NCBI RefSeq assembly: GCF_000002075.1 | Contig: NW_004797603.1 | Coordinates: forward strand, 294,250 to 358,076 | Source: Aplysia californica | Lineage: Eukaryota | Direction: 5' to 3' | DNA length: 63,827 bases | In this document: piece after piece, positions 56,174 to 63,827 of the stretch | Layout: every line of letters begins with the position of its first letter | Numbering within the stretch: the stretch's first letter is position 1 | Translations under genes and position numbers: made by a program | Notes under the pieces: model-generated | Seen by the model: the letters and a program-made list of their open reading frames with translations, nothing else | The model's database searches: none | What the model was told of the DNA's origin: nothing

Positions 56174-59100
56174 CATCGGATGACTTAACCACTTAATTCT
56201 TTGAGGTTCTTTGTGTTCCATAACTTGTTTTATCCCTGTTGAATTTCGGACAGTTTCGCTCATTATGCAGTCTTTTCTAGTTGCGTTATTTAATTTAATT
56301 TAATTTTCTGAAGCATTCTATATCAAAGGCAAAGATCCCCCCTCCCCCTCTAAAAACAACTAGCCAAAGCGCTTCCCTGACTCTGTGTGATTTTCCAGGT
56401 TTGTGGAGTCTCAGAACGAGCCCAGCAGCGACCCCGTGGTCCTGTGGCTCAATGGCGGGCCCGGATGTAGCTCTCTCTTTGGCCTCCTTCAGGAAAACGG
56501 CCCGTTTACCATACAGCCGGACGGCAAGACGCTGGTGGCCAACCCGTCTAGCTGGAACACTCTCACCAACGTTATCTACCTAGAGGCCCCGGCCGGAGTC
56601 GGCTATTCCTACTCCAAAGACAAAGATTATAGGACGGACGACGACGACACTTCTCTAAATAACTTAGTGGCCATGGTCGATTTCTTTAGGAAGTTTCCAG
56701 AATACAAGAAGAACGACTTTTATATCACTGGCGAGAGTTATGGAGGAATCTACGTACCGCTCCTGGCGTTGAGAGTGGTTGAGAACAGAACGATCAACCT
56801 TAAGGGCTTTGCTATCGGTAACGGGTTATCTGATGTGAAGCTGAATGATAATTCGGTTAATTTCCTCACCTACTACCACGGCATCGTGGGGTCGGAACTG
56901 TGGGATAAAACACTAAAGGATTGCTGCAAAGGTCTTCCCAATGATAAATGAGACTTTGACAAGCAAAGGAAAGTTGACAAGGACTGCCAAAAGGATCTAT
57001 CAGAGATCCAAAAAGCCATGTGGGAATCAGGCCTGGACCCGTATAACATCTACGCCAAACGCGCTGGAGGTGTGAACACCACAAGCAAGCTGAATATTTC
57101 GTCAAGACGGGACTGGTGGCCACTTTTAGGTGACAAAGACAACAGTTACCAAGGAACCACACATTCCTTCTCAGATGAATCCGTGCTTGTTACATATATG
57201 AATAGGCCAGACGTGAAGAAAGCTCTTCATGTCCCTCCCGGTCTTCCGAACTGGGTTCTTTGCAGCAACTTGCCATATACACGAATCTATGACACGATGA
57301 AGGACATATATCAGATGTTGCACGGAATGATGCACATAATGGTGTACAACGGAGACCTTGATATGGTGTGCAACTATCTCGGAGACGAATGGTTTGTGGA
57401 ATCCTTCGGTCTTGCAAAAGCTGGAGCAAGGAAGCCTTGGTTGTATCCTGACTCAGACAGCACAAAGCAAGTCGGAGGTTTTAGAAAGGACTACAGCGGT
57501 AACGTCAGGCTGGTCACTGTGACCAACCAAGGAAAGCTTTGCAAATGTTCTCAGACTTTATCAGAAATAATTAATAACTCATTAACAGGGTCTTTGATTA
57601 AGCTGTTGGTCAATGAAAATAGTTGCTTGGAAATCCTTTTGCTATCCGCTTCAGTTTCTTCAAAGATGTAATGATTGATATATTAAGTAAATATTTACAT
57701 TTTGGTATTTAAAAAAAAACGTGTTTAACTTTACTTGGGTTCGCTTATTGGGTGGTTGTCTGTTACTATGGTGTGGTTTGTTCTATTTTTCATTCCTATC
57801 AAACATCTATCGTCTTTACCACGTCTACTTTTTTGTATGACACTCTCAACTAACGTCACCGATCTTGGGCACTTAAGCTACCCATATGTGTTGCAAACGC
57901 CGTAAAATTATTACCGAAAACAAAAAATAAAAACTCTGGTTAGTCACTATCTGTATCTATATATAATATTATATTTGTAAAAGTCGTCACTTTGGTCACT
58001 TAAAACTTTTGAACAACTTAACTTTCGAATTTGAACAAAAACAAATGTGGCTCAGAACCATTTAAAGGGTGCACAGTTACATTAAAGAATCTGAAGTCAT
58101 TCTAGTTTAATTTTCAGTTTTTCATTAATTTCGTTTAGATCTAATCTTGGGAAAGTCCGTCTTCTAAGACGCCATTGCAAACAAGTGAAGCTTCCGTTCA
58201 CAAGTAATGCGCACTGACCACATCGACTTGGCGATCGGATCTTTGGAGTCCGTTCATCGAACGGGTACCCAGCTAGTATCTGTATAATATTCTTCTTCTT
58301 CCAGAACTGCAAATTGATTCCTGCTACGTAGTGTCCCGTCAGCGTGATCAGGTCAAACGTACACAGCTTGATCCACACGTAGAAAGCACACCAGTGGGGT
58401 TTTCTGTGAACTTGATTTCTGTACTGCATAGTATTGGTGTTCTTCTGAATTGTTCTTCCATGTGTACGTTAGACAACATACGAAGCAAATGGTGACTCAA
58501 ATGGCGAATTAAAAATGACGGGTGGTTGGCGGGTGGTCTGGTGTGGTTTGCTCCTCCTTTCATATATAACATCTTTTGTCCATATCTCTCCTCAACCAAA
58601 TAAACACAGCTACCTCAGAATAACAAAGTTTTATCTGGCATTTTTGGCCGTTTCGAGTTATCAAAACCATCAAGTCAGAAATTAATTGTTCTCTCTGCTA
58701 TATTAAAATCGTAAAAGAATGTTCGGAGTCGTTATCAAAATTATTCAAAGAATTGCATTCGAAAAAAGCTTGAGATATTGTGAAATTAAAAACATTTTGA
58801 CGTCAAATTTCTCAAAACTAGATCTAGGTATCGAGCAGGCAAAACTTTGTGATTCTGAGGTAGCGATAGCAAAGATAGTACATAACAAAATGGTCCACTC
58901 AGCCAAAAAAGCGTCCCCCGGAAGTCCGCTCTTTCCTTCAGATGGCCTGCGGTCTGTTTTGAAGCTCTCTTTCGTTTCTCCAGAAGAAAAATAGGAATAA
59001 CACCTTGTGTGCGCAGATCGACTGCTGTTCATCAGCTGTTACGGTTCGTTCAGTGCGGAGTTTTCGTTTTAAAAAATATTTTAATGACCTCTCGCCTCTC

Positions 59101-59906
59101 ATTCTCAAGTCAAATTAAACGAAGAAAACAGAGGTTTTTTGTCAGCGTAACAATTTAAAAAAAAGTGTTCTTCCGAAACTTGAATTCTTATTTATTAAAA
59201 AACTTGTTAGTTTCACTTTGATTTTTTAAACACAAGTAGGGCAACTCTGTTCGCAAAGGGTGCCCTTTTGCGAAGAGGGCGCATCCGAATTTTGAGGACA
59301 CTTTTTTAAATTGACTCAAAGAGAGGAGTTGACCCTCTTGTTATGTAGACTCTTTGGCGATAGTAGTCTGCTGACAAGCGCATGACAGTGCACAAGCCAG
59401 AGTACAATGATTAAAGACACAAAATTATATCAACGTGATGCGACAGTCGAAAGTAGTGCTGTAGTTTTAACGAAAACATAAAGAAAATATTATGTGTTAG
59501 ACTGCAGTTCACGACCACATTCAGGACAGAATGAGATGAGAAGAGAGTTACAACCCCCCCCCCCCCCAAAAAAAAAAAAAAGCAGAAAAAACCACAACCC
59601 GAAATTAGGGTAAAAAAAGATCACTCGGAAAAACGCCTGGAATACAATAGCAGTCTGCTGACAAGCACATGATGGTACAATGTACTTCCAGCGAGAGTGC
59701 AATGATAAAATGCGCTATATCAACGTATTGTTACAGACGAAAGTAGTGCCGTAGTTCTACTCAAAAACATAAAGATAATACATGTATGTATAAACTTATA
59801 AGACTACTGTTCACGACCACACTCTGGATGGATCGAGGTAAGAGGAGAGTTACAGACGAGGGATAGTCGTCTGCCTGCTTGCCGAAAGCTGAGAATTCGA
59901 ATAAAC

Positions 59907-60238
59907 ATGTTGGGGAGTGTGAAAGAGCTGGTGCTGCTCTTGACCGCTGTGACGTCAGCGCTTGTGTCCAGCGCGCCTTCCAAAGATCAGATCCAGCACC
60001 TTCCAGGTCTTGCTCAACAGCCGACGTTCAAACAGTACTCGGGCTATCTCTCCGCTCTGGGGACCAAACAGTTGCACTATTGGTGAGTTGTTAACACATA
60101 TCTATAGGCCAATGTATTGAAACGGGTCTACCAAACAAACCGACAAAATAGTAATGAATTATTAAGGCTCATATATGTTGACACATATCGAAATGAAACA
60201 AAACAATAAACGAAAAAAGATAACCAATTAATCAATCA

Positions 60239-60295
<57 letters not shown>

Positions 60296-63223
60296 CCTAT
60301 CTATCTATCTATCTATCTATCTTTCAATTGATAGATGGATGGATCGATCGATCCCAAATATGATAACTTAAGTATATTATCATGCAAATAAATATTTTGG
60401 GTTGAGGGTAGTGGAGTACAAAAAACGTATCTGTGCGTCCAAGAAAAGCTCTCGCTCAGTTCGAAATGTGGCTTCCTCATGCTTATATCATAATAGTCTC
60501 TTTTCATGAAACTGAGTTTGTGAGAATAACTCCCATTCCACGATGAATGCTTGTTTTATAAGCCATGCCTTTCCCCTGGCAGTTGGAAGGCGCAACTGGT
60601 AGTTCCTACATCTTCTCATTCCCTCTCTTGTGTCTATCTGTCTTGTTTGCTTCCCTTTTGTTCACCCAGCCCCCCCCCCCTCCCAATTCCCCCACGGGCA
60701 CGCATTTGTCAGTCGGTATCAAGCTGGGCGTCGGAGCAAATGGACATGGTTCGAATTTCCAACAGGACTTTCTGAACGGGTCATTTTAAAGACTCACAGA
60801 AGTTAAATTTAAAAATCGCACCTCTTAAATAATATTGCAATAAGCGTACATGATGTTTATAGTGTCGAATTTTTCTTTCCTAGCACCAAACGACAGTGNN
60901 NNNNNNNNNNNNNNNNNNNNNNNNNNNNNNNNNNNNNNNNNNNNNNNNNNNNNNNNNNNNNNNNNNNNNNNNNNNNNNNNNNNNNNNNNNNNNNNNNNNN
61001 NNNNNNNNNNNNNNNNNNNNNNNNNNNNNNNNNNNNNNNNNNNNNNNNNNNNNNNNNNNNNNNNNNNNNNNNTCTNNNNNNNNNNNNNNNNNNNNNNNNN
61101 NNNNNNNNNNNNNNNNNNNNNNNNNNNNNNNNNNNNNNNNNNNNNNNNNNNNNNNNNNNNNNNNNNNNNNNNNNNNNNNNNNNNNNNNNNNNNNNNNNNN
61201 NNNNNNNNNNNNNNNNNNNNNNNNNNNNNNNNNNNNNNNNNNNNNNNNNNNNNNNNNNNNNNNNNNNNNNNNNNNNNNNNNNNNNNNNNNNNNNNNNNNN
61301 NNNNNNNNNNNNNNNNNNNNNNNNNNNNNNNNNNNNNNNNNNNTATCGTTAGATGTATGAGGGGATGTACAATTTTCGACCAAGGACTAGCTGGGTGGCT
61401 TCTTGAATCCGGGTTCTTTTGTTGATATGTTATTCTTTTGGAGGACCTATTTATCACCATCCAGCCAAGTTTTGCGTGATCTGCCCCTGCCATTGTATCT
61501 TGACCTTTTTAGTTGTAAGCTCGTGCAACTGATTGATTCGGTGATATTTTGATCCGACGAGAATGGTGAAATTGCATAGGTTTGACGAACCTATCAACAT
61601 TATTAGGTTATTTATTAGATGAGAACTCCTAGTTTAGCGTCCATCTCCGAAAGGACCGAGCCAAATGAGAAATTCGAGTAAAGTGCCTTTCCCCAAGGAT
61701 ACAACGTCTGACCGAGCTGAGGCTCGAACCCCTGAACCCGCAATCTCACGGTACGAGTCTGATAGCCTAACCACTAAACCACTTACGCCTCCTGATCAGA
61801 TGGCCGAACCTCTTAATTCTTTGATGCTCTTTGTGTTCTAAAACCAGTTTCATCCCTGTTGAATTTCGGACAGTTTCGCTCATTATGCAGTTTTTTCTAG
61901 TGACGTTATTAAATTTAATTTAATTTTCTGAAGCATTCTGTCTCTCTGGCAATGATCTCCCCTCCCCCTCTAAACAACAATTGACCAAAGCGTTTCCCTG
62001 ACTCTGTGTGACTTTCCAGGTTTGTGGAGTCTCAGAACGAGCCCAGCAGCGACCCCGTGGTCCTGTGGCTCAATGGCGGGCCCGGATGTAGCTCTCTCTT
62101 TGGCCTCCTTCAGGAAAACGGCCCGTTTAGGGTACAGCCGGACGGCAAGACGCTGGTGGCCAACCCGTCTAGCTGGAACACTCTCACCAACGTTATCTAC
62201 CTAGAGGCCCCGGCCGGAGTCGGCTATTCCTACTCCAAAGACAAAGATTATAGGACGGACGACGACGACACTTCTCTAAATAACTTAGTGGCCATGGTCG
62301 ATTTCTTTAGGAAGTTTCCAGAATACAAGAAGAACGACTTTTATATCACTGGCGAGAGTTATGGAGGAATCTACGTACCGCTCCTGGCGTTGAGAGTGGT
62401 TGAGAACACAACGATCAACCTTAAGGGCTTTGCTGTCGGTAACGGGTTATCTGATGTGAAGCTGAATGATAATTCGGTTAATTTCCTCACCTACTACCAC
62501 GGCATCGTGGGGTCGGAACTGTGGGATAAAACGCTAAAGGATTGCTGCAAGGGTCTTCCCAATGACAAATGTGACTTTGACAAGCAAAGGAAAGTTGACA
62601 AGGACTGCCAAAATGATATATCAGAGATCCAAAAAGCCATGTGGGAATCAGGCCTGGACTCGTATAACATCTACGCCAAAACTGTCGGGGGTGTGAGGAC
62701 AACAAGCCAGTTTAGCATTTCGTCAAGACGGGACTGGTGGCCACTTTTAGGGGACAAGGACAACAGTTATCAAGGAACCACACATTCCTTCTCAGATGAC
62801 GATCCGATCGTCAGGTATTTGAATAGGGCAGACGTGAAGAAAGCTCTTCATATTCCACCTGGTCTTCCAAAGTGGAATGTTTGTAGCTCCGTGCCATATA
62901 AACAAATCTATGACACGATGAAGGACATATATCAGATGCTGCACGGAATGATGCGTATAATGGTGTACAACGGAGACCTTGATATGGTGTGCAACTATCT
63001 CGGAGACGAATGGTTTGTGGAATCTCTCGGTTTTGCAAAAGCTGGAGCAAGGAAGCATTGGTTGTATCCTGACTCAGACAGCACAAAGCAAGTCGGAGGT
63101 TTTAGACAGGACTACAGCGGTAACGTCAGACTGGTCACTGTGATGGATGCTGGTCACATGGTACCACAAGACCAACCAAGAAAAGCCTTGCAAATGTTCG
63201 CAGACTTTATCAAAAACAATTAA
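59907..63223 (+). CDS. CTSA: Cathepsin A / lysosomal protective protein-like S10 serine carboxypeptidase, copy 2 (intact, 459 aa)
   Basis: Exons 59907-60082 and 62020-63223, phase-2 intron in LHYW|FVES. Signal peptide, [22 protein letters not shown]; catalytic triad GESYGG (Ser), NGDLDMVCN (Asp), AGHMVP (His). Confidence 0.93.
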
Positions 63224-63827
63224 ATAAATCATTAACAGTGTCTTTGATTAAGATGTTGGTCAACAAAAATAGTTACCAAGAGACCTCTTTTTTATCTGCT
63301 TCAATGTCTGCAGAGATGTAATAATGTATTAACATGTCAAATGCATTTTGGTGATGAAATTAAAAGCTTCTTTAACTTTACTTGAGTTTGTTTATGGGGT
63401 GGTTGGCTGTTACTCTGGTGTGGTTCATTCCCTTTTTCCTTCTTTCTTATCAAGCATCTATCGACTTTATATTTTCTCCTTTTTTTCTTTGTATGTTACA
63501 CTCTAGTAACATGTCTTACATTCGGCACTTAAATCTATATGTTCTATTTGTGTTCAGGGGCGAAGCGTCTTTCATGATAAAATAATCGCTGCTTTCCTTC
63601 CTTGATTTGGAAACAGCATCGCAGTCAAATTTACCCATAGTCGTAGGCCGTATCAATCTAAAAAGACCTTGTGTGTCATCCTATCTAAATGGCTTTTTGT
63701 CTCACTTTGATTACCATGTCAAACAAAACGATCTTCGCCAGTGAAAGAGATTTATTTCTTTTTCAAAATAATTAGGTGTACAGTTTTTTAAATCTTTTTG
63801 TTCGTCGGTGCTTTTCCCGTCCCTGTC

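Larger units (their letters stand above)
53865..57574 (+). pseudogene. CTSA: Cathepsin A / lysosomal protective protein-like S10 carboxypeptidase, copy 1 (pseudogene)
   Basis: Exons 53865-54040 (signal peptide..QYSGYL..LHYW) and 56399-57574. TGA at 56949-56951 where copy 2 has TGT (Cys). A 28-bp deletion near 57520 removes MDAGHMVPQ, including the catalytic His, and shifts the frame. Confidence 0.9.

Noticed and set aside
60825-61493. Long X-containing ORFs (also at the other gaps)
   Set aside because: Artefacts of translating through N runs.

Overview
Intron-rich, repeat-rich animal genomic DNA; the repeat landscape suggests an invertebrate, possibly a gastropod mollusc (inference only). 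It has six assembly gaps. Three loci are present. (1) The 5' two-thirds of an HSP110/HSPA4-family chaperone gene on the minus strand (11 coding exons, running off the left edge), with a probable non-coding first exon, TATA-like box and perfect heat-shock element at about 14.56-14.69 kb. (2) Head-to-head with it, a complete 19-exon Polo-like kinase 4 (PLK4/SAK) gene (15304-39415, about 1081 aa, all splice phases consistent). Its intron 9 carries a 3.6-kb sense-oriented, intron-containing piggyBac element, and tandem arrays have been amplified from one splice donor, one splice acceptor and the stop-codon region. (3) A tandem pair of two-exon cathepsin A / S10 serine carboxypeptidase genes, the first a pseudogene and the second intact. 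The rest is MITEs (MULE-, hAT-, Tc1/pogo- and piggyBac-like), LINE/RTE fragments, tRNA-derived SINEs and an abundant ~175-bp SINE-like family whose orientation follows the host transcript. The strongest leads are a possible PLK4-kinase/piggyBac-transposase exon-trap fusion (CSB-PGBD3-like) and the junction-derived decoy arrays in PLK4.
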